Assembly: GCA_964016885.1 (NCBI GenBank)
Contig: OZ024759.1
Span: 18,910,001-18,974,000 of the forward strand
DNA from: Eledone cirrhosa
Lineage: Eukaryota
Length of the DNA: 64,000 nucleotides
Reading direction: 5' to 3'
The first letter of the stretch is position 1. Every line of letters starts with the position of its first letter. Below, in pieces: positions 14,224-29,683 of the stretch. A program made the translations under genes and the position numbers. The notes beneath the pieces were generated by a model that worked only from the letters and a program-made list of their open reading frames with translations, ran no database searches and had not been told where the DNA came from.

Positions 14224-14921
14224 TATATATATATATATATACCACAAAGATTATATATTCGTATAACTAGGGTGTAAAATCAAAGGAAAAAACCACTACA
14301 ATCAACAAACAACAACAATTGCACATATAACAACAGAAAGAATATAGTAAAGATTTAATGTGTTATGACATTTAAGGTGTGAAGAGAAGAAATAGGTATG
14401 ACATAAACAAGTGTAGGAATAATGGATGAAAAATCGGTTACATTGCAAGAGAGTGCATGCCTGTTTGGACATGGAAGTTTATATGTGTGAAAACGTGCAA
14501 GTTTGAATATGCCCATGTGTGAATATGTCTATGTGTGTGCAATATTACGTGCTTATACATATACGCATGTCGAGGTATGTTTTTTTATATCTGATCTTTT
14601 AGATGTTTATAAAACAAGAGGACAACTGCGCAGTACAGAATTAAATATTGAATCTCAATATATAGTTTTTTCATATTCCTGTGTCTCCACTAAGTTTTGC
14701 GGTTTCCCACTATTCACACTACTGGAAATATATATTGATCTGTCACCGGTGCTTTGAGAAAGCAACACCAATACTCGGCCGGTGACATATCAATCAATTA
14801 AATCAACATGATTAATATATATTTTTTCTTCATGATTTTTCGATTCATGTAATTGCCCAACTATTAGCTGCCTGATAAGGTCATAACTGTTTCATAACAT
14901 TTGTCTGTTCTTGGGTGATGC

Positions 14922-15550
14922 GCATCATGCATGGTCAAAAATTTTCAGGTTTTCTTAGCCATTGTTTGGAGTGGCATTTTGGTCCAGTCTGTAACAACAG
15001 CTCCATAACTTCTCACTGACACAGCCGGTCCACGTCTGCTCTTAGGGGATGGGCATCATGCATGGTCAAAAATGGTCTGGTTTTCTTAGCCATTGTTTGG
15101 AGTGGCATTTTGGTCCAGTCTGTAACAACAGCTCCATAACTTCTCACTGACACAGCCGGTCCACGTCTGCTCTTAGGGGATGGGCATCATGCATTGTCAA
15201 AAATGTTCTGGTTTTCTTAGCCATTGTTTGGAGTGGCATTTTGGTCCAGCCTGTAACAACAGCTCCATAACTTCTCACTGACACAGCCGGTCCACGTCTG
15301 CTCTTAGGGGATGGGCATCATGCATGGTCAAAAATGGTCTGGTTTTCTTAGCCATTGTTTGGAGTGGCATTTTGGTCCAGTCTGTAACAACAGCTCCATA
15401 ACTTCTCACTGACACAGCCGGTCCACGTCTGCTCTTACGGGATGGGCATCATGCATGGTCAAAAATGTTCTAGTTTTCTTAGCCATTGCTTGGAGTGGCA
15501 TTTCGATCCAATCTGTAACACCAGTTCCATAACTTATCACTGATACAGCT
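14922..15550. repeat. 131-bp tandem repeat (~4.7 units) derived from LINE ORF
   Basis: tttcttagcc at 14951, 15082, 15213, 15344, 15475. Confidence 0.93.
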
Positions 15551-15705
15551 CTTGCATAAATTGCTATAATGATGTTGCTTGCAGTCAGTTTGCTCTTCGC
15601 AATTCTCTGAGTCCTTCTGAAGTACTCAGTACACATTTTCGTGTGCTGTATTTTGTCCGCTTCTAAAACACCCAAATACTTGTAGCTGAAACCTTCTTCT
15701 GTGGA
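15406..15705 (-). pseudogene. R4/Dong-clade reverse transcriptase fragment
   Basis: YKYLGVLEADKI..EYFRR..SKL..AVSVISYG..DW..KKTRTFLTMH..HP.RADVDRL matches the R4/Dong RT C-terminal region. Confidence 0.85.
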
Positions 15706-16001
15706 AAACTGGGAGAGGGCACTTGCCCTGGTGGTCAGGGTCACCGTGGCTTTTTTTATTGGCTTTCTCCACGATGGCCCTCGGAAGTCTCCCCCCCCCC
15801 CCCCCCCCCATTGAGGAATTTTTAATTGTTTCTTTTTTGTTTCATCCTCTGTTTTTTTTTTTTTTACACGCAGAAATGCCCATTTGTACCGTCCTGTATT
15901 GTCCTGTATTGTCCTGTACTGTCTTTAATGTCTTACTTTGTGTAAACCCTTGTGGTTAATAAAGAAATCATTATTATAAAATCCTCATTATTATTATTGT
16001 C

Positions 16002-16050
<49 letters not shown>

Positions 16051-16200
16051 ACGAAAATAAAAATGTATATTTGTTTCAGTGAGATTTTTTTTCAATGTAG
16101 TTTGATTTGTATACGTCTACATGATTACATGCTTCCCTTACTTTCGCCTTCATTTACTTTGTTTCATCTGTTGCTAGCATACATTTATATATATATACAG

Positions 16201-16257
<57 letters not shown>

Positions 16258-16341
16258 CAAGTCGACATAGGCACATGCACACATGTATATATACATACAC
16301 ACACATACATATGTACTCCTGCGTTGTTTTTTTATATTCCG

Positions 16342-16398
<57 letters not shown>

Positions 16399-16401
16399 TA
16401 T

Positions 16402-16438
<37 letters not shown>

Positions 16439-16460
16439 CATATATATATACATGCATACA

Positions 16461-16562
<102 letters not shown>

Positions 16563-17688
16563 ACTGTCTGTCAGTCATCTTTATATACTTTCCCACAACA
16601 CTTCTTTTTGTCCGTGTCTATTTATTCACTCCCTTTTTATATATCTATATTTCTATCTTCTTTCTCCTATCTTCTTTACTTTAAACATGTAATATCTGTA
16701 TAACACACTCTATATTTAAATATGTCCGTCTCACTTAGAAACGTGAAAAAACACTTATTCTCAAAAACATGGGTGGCGTCAGCTTTGTTACGTTCTGAAG
16801 AATATATCAGTTAGAAATATAGATTTATATATATATAGTTCAATATGCATATTAAATGCTTTGAATATGAAATCCTTCGAATATGATGATAGTATGTATG
16901 GACTCGTGTCTCCTGGTGGAGTTGTTGGGAACGCCGTCTTGAGATACGGCGTTTCTAGAGCATTTTAAACATAGCGGAGCCTATCCCTCTTCACGTTTAA
17001 ACACAGAGATCGCAGTGGGTGTGATAGAGAGGGAGTGAGACAGATAAAGAAGAAGTAAGAAAGCGATAGAGAGCAAGTAAGAAAAAGATAGCGAGGAAGT
17101 GAAAAAGCGAATTAGAGGGAAAAATCGATCCCAGTACTGGACTGGTACATTTATCTATCGACCTAAAAAGGATGAACGGCAGAATTGAATTCAGAGCGCA
17201 GAGAACCGGAAGAAATACTGCAAAGCATTCTATCCGCCATTCTAACGCTTCTGTCGATGCTCTGCCTGTTAATGGTTAGAAACTCTCAGGAGAGCTAAAC
17301 AGAAGAAGGTCTTCAGGCAAGTATTTCGGCTCTTAACACTATATAGCATATTTGGCTCACGATTGAAACACCGTGTGTTCTATTCCCGGCATTACATTGT
17401 GTCTTTGAGCAAGATTCTTTGTTTCATGTTGTTCCAATTAACTCTTAGAGTTGTAACTACGTCACAGAAACAGTCTGAGAAATACTCAACTATACGCACA
17501 TTAATGTCAAGAGAAGGATGCTGTATTGTTAAAACAAATCTGAGACTATCGTTGTCGGAGTAGGGATAGATCCGACAAAGTGTATCTGTGTATGTGTGTG
17601 TGCATGTGCATTCATAACTACAATACACACTAGTCTTAAAGGCTTTGATGTTTTCTCACATAACCATTCATTATTTCTCATTCAGTTG

Positions 17689-17872
17689 GGCGGTGGATTG
17701 GCAGTATCGGTAGAGGGTCGGACGCTATGCTTTCCAGCATAGTTACGTCCCTTTAAGATCTGAGTTCAAATCCCGCCGAGGTTGACTTTGCCTTTCATCC
17801 TTACGGGGTCGATAAAATAAAGTACCAGTAATGCACTGGGTAATTGCTGGCCTTGTGCCTAAAGTAGAAACA
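17689..17872 (+). mobile_element. SINE family 1
   Basis: 19-bp TSD attatttctcattcagttg. Confidence 0.95.
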
Positions 17873-17964
17873 ATTATTTCTCATTCAGTTGACACGCTGG
17901 AAGCCTATGTGACATTACACAATGGATCTCTCTTTTGCTACCTCTTTTCTCTCTCTCACACTAT

Positions 17965-18243
17965 CTCATATATATATATATATAGTTATATATACACACA
18001 CACACATATATACACACACACACACACACACATATATATACACATACACATACACACCCACACATATACACACACACATATATATACACACACACACACA
18101 TATATATACACACCCACACACACACATATACACACACACACACGCGCATATATATACACACACACGCACACACACACACACACATATATATATATACACA
18201 CACATATATATACACACACACACACACATATATACACACCCAC

Positions 18244-18294
<51 letters not shown>

Positions 18295-18361
18295 TATATA
18301 CACACACACACATACACACCCACACACACATACACACACACACATATATATACACACCCAC

Positions 18362-18412
<51 letters not shown>

Positions 18413-18447
18413 TATACACACACACACATATACACACACACACATAT

Positions 18448-18508
<61 letters not shown>
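17965..18508. repeat. compound (CA)n/(TA)n microsatellite
   Basis: Direct reading. Confidence 0.95.
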
Positions 18509-18511
<3 letters not shown>

Positions 18512-19280
18512 ATGAATATTGGAGGTAGAGTGTATAGATAATATATTATTTCAGTTAGCTAAAACCCTATGATTGAAACAAATTGTCTCCAGGCGTGGCG
18601 ATATCTTTTTTGTATTTCAAATATTTTCATTCAAAATACATTAAACATGTCTTCCGGGGATGGGAACATTACCACATTGAAACCATATAATACAATGTAT
18701 CAGGCTTTTAACTTTTGATAATTGCGAATCTTTAACACAACGCTATTTAAATTGAACCTTATCATTTCATAGGAAGTCAGATTAATTTAATAATATATAA
18801 GAATACTGCTGGAAAATTAATAAGCGAGTGAATTATCCAATGATGATAACTATGATAATTATATCTGTGATTAAAGAATCATAAAAACGACCTGTTTCGT
18901 GGTTATAATTAGTAGGCGTTAATTAGCTATGGATTCGAGTAGTTACTTCCTAGAGGATTTGAAGATAGTTGAATCCACGTTAAGAATATTTAATTATTTT
19001 GTAATAAATTTAATCGTATTCTTACATTATAACCGGACAATTAAATATATACTCTTTTTATTTATTTATACATTAGGTTAGGGTCAGGGTTAGGACTTTG
19101 TAATATAAGAATCAGACGGTAAATGATCAGAGTCATTAGAACGTCGGATAGAATGCTTTGCGGTATTCGTTTTACCTCTCTGCTCTCTGAGGAGTTCAAA
19201 TCTATCCAAGGTCGATAAAAAAGCCCCAGTCTAATACTGGGTTCGATGATTCTTCACTCTCTTTCTCTTCTAACCTTTCT

Positions 19281-19425
19281 CTGTTGAAACGGCCGGAGCT
19301 CAGCCGTCGGGGTCCTGACTCTTTTCATATTACCCACTCTATTACTCTAAGTATTGAGTACTTGTCTCAGTATTGAGTACTTGGTGCGTTATTGTCCACC
19401 TGGTATCTTACCACACCCTCTTTGT
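19281..19425 (+). mobile_element. family A mini-element, diverged
   Basis: Homology to family A. Confidence 0.8.
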
Positions 19426-19534
19426 TATATATACCCAATTCTACGCCCAATTCTACGCCCAATTCTGTTTTTTTTTATTGTTCTATTTAGTTCTGTTTTT
19501 ATTGTTCTATGCACAAACACATACACGCATACAG

Positions 19535-19627
<93 letters not shown>

Positions 19628-19744
19628 AAACATAAACGGAAATAACAAGAATAACAAAACAAACGGCAAAGCAAATGGAAGAAATATGCTAGTTCAATAT
19701 ATATGTTTGTATGTATGTATACATATACATTTATAGGGAAGAAG

Positions 19745-19781
<37 letters not shown>

Positions 19782-19895
19782 TGCTGAATATCGAGTGCTA
19801 ATTTTAGCATACCGCCTATTGAAGCACCATAGCTACCATTATACACAACTATATATATATATATATATATATATATTCTTCCCTATACATGTATA

Positions 19896-19949
<54 letters not shown>

Positions 19950-20016
19950 TATATGTATATATGTATATATGTATACATATACATGTATAGGGAAGTATAT
20001 ATATATATATATATTT

Positions 20017-20049
<33 letters not shown>

Positions 20050-20118
20050 AGAGAGAGATAGAGAGAGGGAGAGAGAGAGATAGAGAGAGGGAGAGAGAGA
20101 TAGATAGAGAGAGAGAGA

Positions 20119-20172
<54 letters not shown>

Positions 20173-20654
20173 AACTGGTTTATTGTCTATAGAATTAATT
20201 GGAATTTGGCAGTATGCTGTGACAAATGTTGTCCAGAGCCAAATTCTTGCTGATTGTTAAGGATTTCTAACGACGCTATATTATTGTTAAACAAAGGCTA
20301 CAGGTTTTCATATGTTGAGTTTCCTGTTCATTACGCTGCGATATATTGATGTTTCCTTGTCGTTAAGTCATTTATGTTGGCCACTGCTTAAACGGATCCA
20401 TACAGCGTTATAGGATGATATATTTCTAGACAATATATCATACACCCTATTAAATAAATAGTCGGTTTGTTGGTTTGTTTCAAACCTGGTTTGATGGCTG
20501 TATCGACTTGGTGGGTTAATGGTTTAAGTCGGGGGATGGGACACCACATGAATTATATTTAATTAGCATACATTGATTAGACTACCCAGTGAATTCATTC
20601 GCCTTTTAAACCAAACTCTTGACAGTTATAATATAAAATAACGGTTTCTGAATT

Positions 20655-21195
20655 AGACACGAGGCCAAAAATCTGTGGGGAGGGAAACATCGATTAAATT
20701 GACCCCAGTGCATTACTGGTACTTTATTTTATCAAGCCAGTAAGGATTAAAGGCAAAGCTAAGCTCGTCAGGATTTGAACTAACAATACTTGTTTCTACT
20801 TTAGGCACAAGGCCAACAATTACCCCAGTGCATTACTGGTACTTTATTTTATCGACCCCGTAAGGATGAAAGGCAAAGTAAACCTCGGCGGCATTTGAAC
20901 TCAGAATGGCAAGGGCCGTAACTCTATGCGTCAAAGCATGGCGTCCGACCCTCTACCGATACTGCCAATCCACCGCCTAACAATAATAATAATGATTTCT
21001 GATTTCGGCACAAGGCCAACAATTTTGGGGGGAAGGGAAAATCGATCAAATCAACCACAGTACGTTACTAGTACTTTATTTTATCGACCCCGTATAATAA
21101 CGGCGGGATTTGAACTCAGAACGTAAAGGGACGGAGATATATATTGCAAAGCATGCTGTCCGACGCTCTACTGATACCACCAATCCTCCGCCGTA
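20655..21195 (-). mobile_element. cluster of three SINE family 1-related copies (young copy 20790-20977)
   Basis: Homology to family 1; TSD-like taacaata. Confidence 0.85.
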
Positions 21196-22700
21196 TTATA
21201 ATATACAAAACATTGCAATAAAATACAACTTACTGATACAGTTCCCTAATGTATATATAACTTTATTGTCTGTTTAGTCTATATTCAGTTTACTAGTTTA
21301 TTTATTTATTTATTTTACTTATTCTTGCTAACGCCCGGTGTCAATAATAGGTCAATGGTCTAAAAGCTTTAGGAATCCTTAGTTCAACCTTGGAGAATCA
21401 AACACGATCTATATTGCAAAGATTGGTGGAATTGCTATTGAAAGAAAACATCCTCATTTATCTCACCTTTTTGTGAATTGGCTGAGTCGTGCGAACGTCT
21501 GTTAGGGTGCTTCGCGGCATTCGTTCAGGCTCTCTGGCTCTCAGAGTTCAAATCCCGCCAATGTCATATTTGCCTTTCATCTATTCGATGTCGATAAAAA
21601 AGTATCAATCAAATGCTGGGATTGATTCGTCCTCTATATCTCTTTTTCACTTGCATTCTCTCACTTTATATCCTTCTCTGGAATAAATCTGCTGTTTTAG
21701 ACCTGGAGAGGAGACATACTCCGCCAGGCTTTTAGTAAAAAGCCTTAGAAACGAGTAATTCAATACGGTGCCCCTACAGCTGCATCAGGAATTACGGGAC
21801 CATGCATGCATGTATATCACCTTACCTTTCTATACCAGGGAAATCGAAACCATGTTATATAGACACATAAAATATATTATATCATGCACTCATAACTAAT
21901 ATGTGATATAGTGTTTAAGTTAAACCATTTATATAATTAACCTAGAAAATCAATCTAATTTCTGTCTACGTTTGTCTAAGTCACTAATTAATTCGTGTTT
22001 CTTATTCGATTGCGGTATAACAGATTGTCTGAAAGAATGTGAACAGATAAATTACACGATTCCAATTACAAATTTATATGACAGGATGTAACCGTTCAGA
22101 AAAGATTTATAAATAAATTTCAATATCTGTTGTAAAGGATAATTAATATAATCAGCGCGATATACTTAGAAATTTGAATTTAAATATATTATTCATTATC
22201 CTTTAATATGTATAAAGGTCTTGAAAGTTAATTCGATTTAGATATGACAGCAAGGAAATGTGGGTGGACACATACGCGCGCATATGTATACATATATATA
22301 CATAAATACATGAGGCCGCGTGGAGATTAAGTATGAATGATCATATATATCTATATACGTTGACATTAAGCATGACCGTTTGTTAACTCGATAAATTTAA
22401 TGCAGATATTATCTAATGTTCTTAGGCAGATATATATATATATTTTCTCTGTCTCCTCTCTCTCTCTCTATCTATCTATCTTTCTCTCTCTGTTGTTTCT
22501 GGTCTCTCTCTCTCTCTCATTCTTTCTCTCTCATTCTCTATCTTTCTCTTTCTCGGTAACCCAAAGGCTTATTTTAAAAAAACTATCCAATACTAATAAC
22601 ATAATTAAAGCTACAACTCCACTATCCGGGAGCTTCCAACAGCAATGGTTGCATTCTTTAAGGGTATGTCAATATTTATTTATAAAACTGATCTATATTA

Positions 22701-22765
22701 TATTTTATCTGATGAAAGCACACCATAATTTAACTTGGTGTCCTTGAAATATGTATAATGAAATA
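22701..22765 (+). ncRNA. minimal type I hammerhead ribozyme (family H, diverged)
   Basis: tattttat-CTGATGA-stem II (cacca/tggtg)-GAAA-tatgtaTA-atgaaata. Confidence 0.7.
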
Positions 22766-22939
22766 AATATGGTTTTATAAATATAATTTCCATTTGTTAA
22801 TATCGTATATATATATATATATATATATATTATTTTATTTATTTATTCTTCATTGAGCCAGATCGTGAATAGTTGCCAAAACACATATATACCTGTGACT
22901 TAATTGGTGTATATGTAAATATTTATATATATATATATA

Positions 22940-23145
22940 TATTAATAAGAGGAATTCCAACTTTGTCTGATTTACTCGTTTTATTTACAATCCTTTAAAA
23001 TTTATAATGGTATTATAAATTATTGGTATTATAATACCATTATAGATTTTAAAGGATTGTAAATAAAACGAGTAAATCAGACAAAGTTGGAATTCCTCTT
23101 ATTAATATAATCTTCTATACACAATCATACACACCCGTGTATATT
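22940..23145. mobile_element. TA-flanked fold-back element (family F)
   Basis: ~80-bp near-perfect inverted arms plus a one-sided tail. Confidence 0.8.
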
Positions 23146-23151
23146 TATCTA

Positions 23152-23201
<50 letters not shown>

Positions 23202-23369
23202 CAGAAAGAAAGAGAGGAGACAGACAGAAAGAAAGAGAGGAGACAGAGGGTTGTGCGCGCAAACGAATGAAAATCGCAATCAACACATGATGAGTAAGTT
23301 GTGTATTTATATTTGACTTGACTCTGCATTAGTAGCGAAGACAAGACGGTATTTATATATATGTACACG

Positions 23370-23426
<57 letters not shown>

Positions 23427-23430
<4 letters not shown>

Positions 23431-23618
23431 TTAATATAGATGAGATTCTACAGGACTAGAACTGTTTCATTCATTAGAATGATGATTTCTAATGATGATT
23501 TCTAATGAATGAAACAGTTCTAGTCCTGTAGAATCTCATCTATATTAAAACTGTTATACTCTGCTATGTATTGAGTACCTTACTTACTGTGGTTACCTCC
23601 GATTCAACCCGGAATAAC

Positions 23619-23620
<2 letters not shown>
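23427..23620 (+). mobile_element. TA-flanked fold-back element (family B)
   Basis: ~53-bp inverted arms, gaaac..gtc, and tail with ACTC/GAGT hairpin. Confidence 0.85.
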
Positions 23621-23705
<85 letters not shown>

Positions 23706-24127
23706 AGGAGTATTAAAACTAATATTAGCGAAATTAGGATTTTCTATGAAATTTCTATGTAATCACACAGGATTTAACAGGGATTTATTTAAATAGATTC
23801 CTATTTGTGGTAAATGAAAACTCTCTCTCTCTATCTATCTATTTATCTATCTATCTATTTCTATATCTCTGTGTGTGTATGTGTATGTGTATGTGTGTAT
23901 GTGTGTGTATGTGTGTGCGCGCGTGTGTTTGAAAGGTTAAAACCCAAACATAGAATCGCTCACATTTAAGATGGCGTTAGTAAATCAAGTAAAATATCTT
24001 TGGAACCAGAAGAAAGTGGGCATCAGCCTCTACAAAATCTATTTATGCTCCTATAGTTAGTTTACCCGATATCCCGAAGTTATTTACATTTATAGCGATT
24101 CTGTGTTTGAATTTCAACATTCCACAT

Positions 24128-24231
<104 letters not shown>

Positions 24232-24551
24232 AAATATGGAGAAAAATACTGCAGGTAGCGCATGGATAACATGTAATAAAATGAGTCCCTCATCAGTGAT
24301 TTGCCGACGATCATAGATATTTCATTGCATTAAAAATTATATACCTCACGTCGGTGCAATAATAACTAAAATAAGTTATTAGGACAATTAAAACGCGTAA
24401 AGCGAGTGAGACAGGAGAACAACAAAGAGTATAGCTAACCGTAGGGGAATGAAACAAGCTTCATAATTATTCTGTTTAGCATAAGCTAGGTGAATATATG
24501 AGCGCTTTAGAAAAAAGACCTTACACGAACGAAGGCCATGTGAGAAGAGAG

Positions 24552-24601
<50 letters not shown>

Positions 24602-24733
24602 AAATAATTGGTGTGGGATGCTTAAAGCGTCCGTCTGCGGTAGGCCATTTGAGCAGTCGATGCTCTGACAGAGCAGAGTATAATATGACATAAGAAACGG
24701 AGAATCAGTGGTGTGACGAATTAATCTCTATTA

Positions 24734-24828
24734 GACATATTACAATCGTTTCTCTGGCGACCAGCTCGAGGTACGATCGATGCAATGATCGAACCTGACT
24801 CTGAAATCGCAAGATCCTGAGATATATC
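24734..24828 (-). ncRNA. degenerate hammerhead with long stem II (family J, element ~24600-24858)
   Basis: gatatat-CTcAGGA-tcttgcga..tcgccaga-GAAA-cgattg-TA-atatgtc; one core mismatch. Confidence 0.6.
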
Positions 24829-24856
24829 TCGATTCTTCGAAGCAGATTTTCCAAAG

Positions 24857-24920
<64 letters not shown>

Positions 24921-25263
24921 TGATTGCTACTTCTTGTCAGAAGAGAGCCATCCCTACATTGAACATTGGACATTGCACGGTCATATGGACGCAGGTGAAT
25001 TTTCAGACCCGCTTTTGTTTTGCAGGTACGTTCACAAATGTAACACTTGATATGTCTGACTTCTAGTAAAATCGACTGGAGCTTGTCTGATCAGTCCAGC
25101 CGCTGAGTTGCAAATTAAGCCACACTCACTGAAAATATATGGTGAAGTGTGTGGCAATAGAACCATCTTACGGTTGGCTCAATTTCTACCTGGCTCGTGT
25201 GATTGCAGCTGGTTAACAAAACCACCTCTTGTTAGAAGAAATCGGCCACATACATTGCACCTC

Positions 25264-25297
<34 letters not shown>

Positions 25298-25406
25298 ATA
25301 TAAACAAGTTTATCTTATACAAAACGCCAGTGTCCTAGAGATGTCTACACGATTAGACTGGTTATCTATCTGTGCTACTGGTGGGTTTATGAGGGTATGT
25401 GTATGC

Positions 25407-25478
<72 letters not shown>

Positions 25479-25538
25479 ATATATCGATAAATATATATAT
25501 TTCTGTTTACCTTTTACATACACGTTTTCAATGGATTT

Positions 25539-25569
<31 letters not shown>

Positions 25570-25867
25570 TGACAGGAGGCTGGACTGGTGAAATTCGTTA
25601 AACATTTATTACAAACACTATGCACAATGACCCGGTTCGGTAGGAACCCGGTGACATCATCAGGTATTACGAAATTTATCTAATAAAGGAATATACTAAT
25701 AGAAGACACAAACCAAGAGGCTGAAAAGTAGAGAGAACTGTTTAAGACCCGAAGGCGGCCAGGACCAGTAGATGCCAGTGTGGATAACTGCCTTCAAGTA
25801 CACACACATATATATATACACACACACACATACACACATATACACATACACACACACATATACACAC

Positions 25868-25898
<31 letters not shown>

Positions 25899-25926
25899 TA
25901 TATATATGTATGTATATATATATATA

Positions 25927-26025
<99 letters not shown>

Positions 26026-26057
26026 CATACACACCGGTGTATATTTACCTATCTATA

Positions 26058-26092
<35 letters not shown>

Positions 26093-26358
26093 CCAAATGT
26101 CAGCTCAAAAAAGTGACACGGAGGAGACTGAGGTTAGCTGGACATGCTCAGCGACTTCCAGAGTTGACATTGCACTCAGTGCTCCTTTGGGAGCCCCCTA
26201 TGTGTACACACTGGAAGAGGAAGACCGAGGTTAACGTATGTTGATGCCCTAAGAACAGACACTGGTCTGTTGGAGACGCAGGACATGGCAGCGATAATGA
26301 GGAACAGAGACTGCTGGAGAGAACTCGTCCATGGATCTCGGGGATTTTACCCGCCCTA
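26093..26358 (+). pseudogene. RTE-clade LINE 3' fragment
   Basis: [47 protein letters not shown] (frameshifted). Confidence 0.85.
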
Positions 26359-26430
26359 GAATATATACATATACATACACATATGCATATATAAATACAT
26401 ATATATATATATATTTAGATATATATATAA

Positions 26431-26607
26431 TGGCTCAAGCCATTTCGACGGCTATTTCTGGACTATAATAGTCCAGAAATAGCCGTCGAAACGGCTTGAG
26501 CTCTGCCGTCGGGGTCATAATTTTTCCTATTTCCCACTCTACTACCCTAAGTATTGAGTACTCTGGTGCGTTATGGTCCATCTGGTTCCTTACCACAATT
26601 CCTTTGT
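26431..26607 (+). mobile_element. family A fold-back mini-element
   Basis: Homology to family A; arms meet at ctggactataatagtccag. Confidence 0.85.
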
Positions 26608-26746
26608 TATATATATATGCAGAATCGGGCCCTGATCATTATGATCATACTGCGAGTTGATCGATATCGAAACGTCATATGATAATAAAGTGTATCTATG
26701 GTGCAACTTTGACTTCGACCATGTTTATGTACATATATATTTATAT

Positions 26747-26940
26747 ATAAAGAAGAGATCCGGTTTTATGTAAACATCTTCTGTTTAAATGTATAGATAA
26801 AACCGCACCTCTTCTCTATAATATTGACGCTCCATCTAATACCTTATAGCTAATACGTGACCAACCTCGTCGAGTGCTTACGGCTGTTTACACTAGATTC
26901 GATTGATTAACTGATCAATCAACGTCCCTGAACTTGAATA
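26747..26940 (+). mobile_element. old TA-flanked fold-back element (family E)
   Basis: agaagagatccggttttat / ataaaaccgcacctcttct arms; tail cgctc..tc gagtg. Confidence 0.5.
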
Positions 26941-27774
26941 ATATGTGTGAGAGAGAGGGGGGAGTTACTGTGTATATGTTTATTCATACAGTTATCTTAA
27001 TATCTATGTGTATTGAGAATATATGTCTATTTTGTTCGGTGTCATTTAAAACATAGCTATTCGGAATAGCTTAAATTATGCATATGTGTATTACATCAAT
27101 TTGTCAATATTGTATTTGCAAATACCTATAAACACCACGTCGTACATAAAACAGTGAATTATGGCATATATTAAAACCTGAGCTATAAAACCTCTAATGT
27201 AAACATCATATTTGTCCATCAATAAATAAAAATTAAACAAGTGTTATTAGATGCTAAGTATAAAAGTAATTCATTTGACTAAATTATAATATAATTTAGA
27301 AGCAAATTATACAGAATAAATATCACTAATAAAAAGTACATGAATCTTATTAGTGAAATGGATTGTATGATGTCTTATAGTAATATTTTCCAAATTAATA
27401 AATAAAATTATTTATCAAAGTGGATAATATTAATGCCACTCAAACATATATTACCAATTCAAGTTTATGACGATTGATTCTTAATCAGGAAAATATCAAA
27501 GTTATCGGCCCGATTGTTGGTGTTTGGGGAAAAAAAATAAAGGATGAAAAGAGAGAGTTGAAAAGTTCATGGTAAAATATTCAATTAAGATATTTTCGAG
27601 TTTGCTATACAGGGTGTATAAAAAAAAATCATCCGATTTATATATATATATACATACATGTATATATATATATATATAAATATATATATATATTTTTTTA
27701 ATATATACATGTATATATATATATATATAGTAAAAGAAAACAAAGAGCACTTATAACATCAATCAATTTTTATT

Positions 27775-27821
27775 CGCTGACAATGTTTCATCCATACCAT
27801 GGGGCAGGACTCATCAGAGCG
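27775..27821 (-). ncRNA. minimal hammerhead ribozyme
   Basis: cgct-CTGATGA-gtcc..ggat-GAAA-cattG-TC-agcg, followed by aataaa and then (TA)n. Confidence 0.85.
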
Positions 27822-28654
27822 TTGAAAACAAAAATACAATAATGAAGATAAGCTCTACCGACCTACATCACAAGAACAATAGATATCTGATATAGGATAA
27901 TAGGATAATAGGGAGAATGGAGATGATTCATAATAGGGTTGTTAGTAAGGAAAAATAAGGTAAAATAAAGTAAAATGAAATAATCACACAAGAGATCGGT
28001 GCATGTGAGGGAATCAGTCAAGTCGATAAAGAAAAAAGAAAGAATACTCAAAAATAATTAAAAAATAATCAAAAAATAATTTAAAAAATAATTAAAAATA
28101 ATCAAAAATAATTAAAGAAATATAAAAAAATAAAAAATAATAAAAAAAAAAATAATAATAATAATTTTAAAAAATAATTTAAAAAATAATAAAAAAAATA
28201 TATATTTAACAAAATAATTATCAAGAGAGAGGGGAAGGCATAGATGCATATGAGGGCACACAAACGCAAGGAGAGAAAGCATGGATTGGTCCTGTCGAGA
28301 AGATATAGGCGAGATGATTTCCCATGACAAAGAGTCTTATATCCTATAGTTTCACAGGGTGAGCCACAGTGCACTCGAATATTACAGTTGTCAAAGTAGG
28401 GATATCCAGCAGATAAATCAGAATAGGACTAGGCATCAGGTAATAGGACTAGGTATGGTAATAAGGTTCAGAGGGGATTTAGTATTCTCCATATTCAGCA
28501 CGGTTAGGGTAACCATAAGGTAGTGGAGCTGTGCGGATAAGAGGTGTTAGTCTTGCATAAGGATGGGTACAGCACAGGCAGAAGCCGAAACACAAGCAAA
28601 GAAGATGCTGAAGCAGTCAATTCATAACAAAATTTCCATAACAGAAAATTCATA

Positions 28655-28969
28655 CATGGTTCTCAACCTTTTTTTTCGCTGTGGACCACCAAAATAAGTA
28701 ATTTTTTTCCTGTGGACCACCTAAACTTTAAAATCTTTTGTAATAGAACTGCTACTTATAAGCATCAGTAGATGGTTTTTTTTTTCAATGAATTAGAAAA
28801 TGCTATTATCATGTCGCAGTGCCTAAAAATCTACGCAAATAAACAGCTGAAGTCGTACTTATGCGAAGAATAAGAACAGCGCTTTAATTCAAATGCATGT
28901 TAGAAAATTTTCTGTGGACCACCTGAATTTTCCTGTGGACCACTAGTGGTCTACATAGACCAGGTTGAT
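28655..28969. mobile_element. hAT-type MITE with subterminal gtggaccac repeats
   Basis: tggttctcaacct at the left end, aggttga at the right end; gtggaccac x4. Confidence 0.7.
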
Positions 28970-29683
28970 ATAGAGTAAGAGTGTATTGTATTATGTAATA
29001 ATTGATTCTATGTTAGGCAAGAGTGAGAAAAGGTACAGATTAGGGGTTAAACATTAGAAGAAGAAGAGAAGAAAGAGAAGTGATAAATAGGGGCGATGTA
29101 GAATGAGTAAACAAGTATTATAGAATTTGAAAATTAACGAAGAGAAAAATAATGTAAAGTTAAGGTTTGTATATTGAGGGGTTTGATAATATGTGCGAAG
29201 AAAAAGAAAATGTTAATATGTATTGAGAATAATGAGTTAGATGAAAGGGAGAAAAGAATAATGAATTGAGGATGAAAAATCTAACGTCAAAAAATGTATA
29301 TGTTTACGAAGGATTTTTACAAGGTGATATAGAGTAAGAATGTATTGTATTATGTAATAATTGATTCTATGTCAGGCAAGAGTGAGAAAAGGTACAGATT
29401 AGGGGTTAGACATGGGTATATTTTTAAAAGAAGTGTATATATATATATGTGCCTTTGAGAAAAAGTTTCTAAATTGATAAAGAATTGAATATTAGCTGTA
29501 TACTTTGTGAAATGTTTTATGGAATTTATGCAAGCAGATAGAAAACAAGTCAGTGCGTCTATTTATTATAGAATCTAGATTAGAAATAATGGTAAATTTT
29601 TCATTTAGACAGAGATTGCAGATTTTGGATAGAGAACTTGAAGACGCAGAAGAAACCTTCTTCCAAAAGATGCTATGTCTTCC

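Noticed and set aside
14922-15550. CRISPR-like regular repeats (also 35737-36566)
   Set aside because: Whole units repeat with no unique spacers, and the context is eukaryotic with no cas genes.
17689-17780. tRNA gene
   Set aside because: The A/B-box-like motifs belong to SINE heads; no proper cloverleaf.
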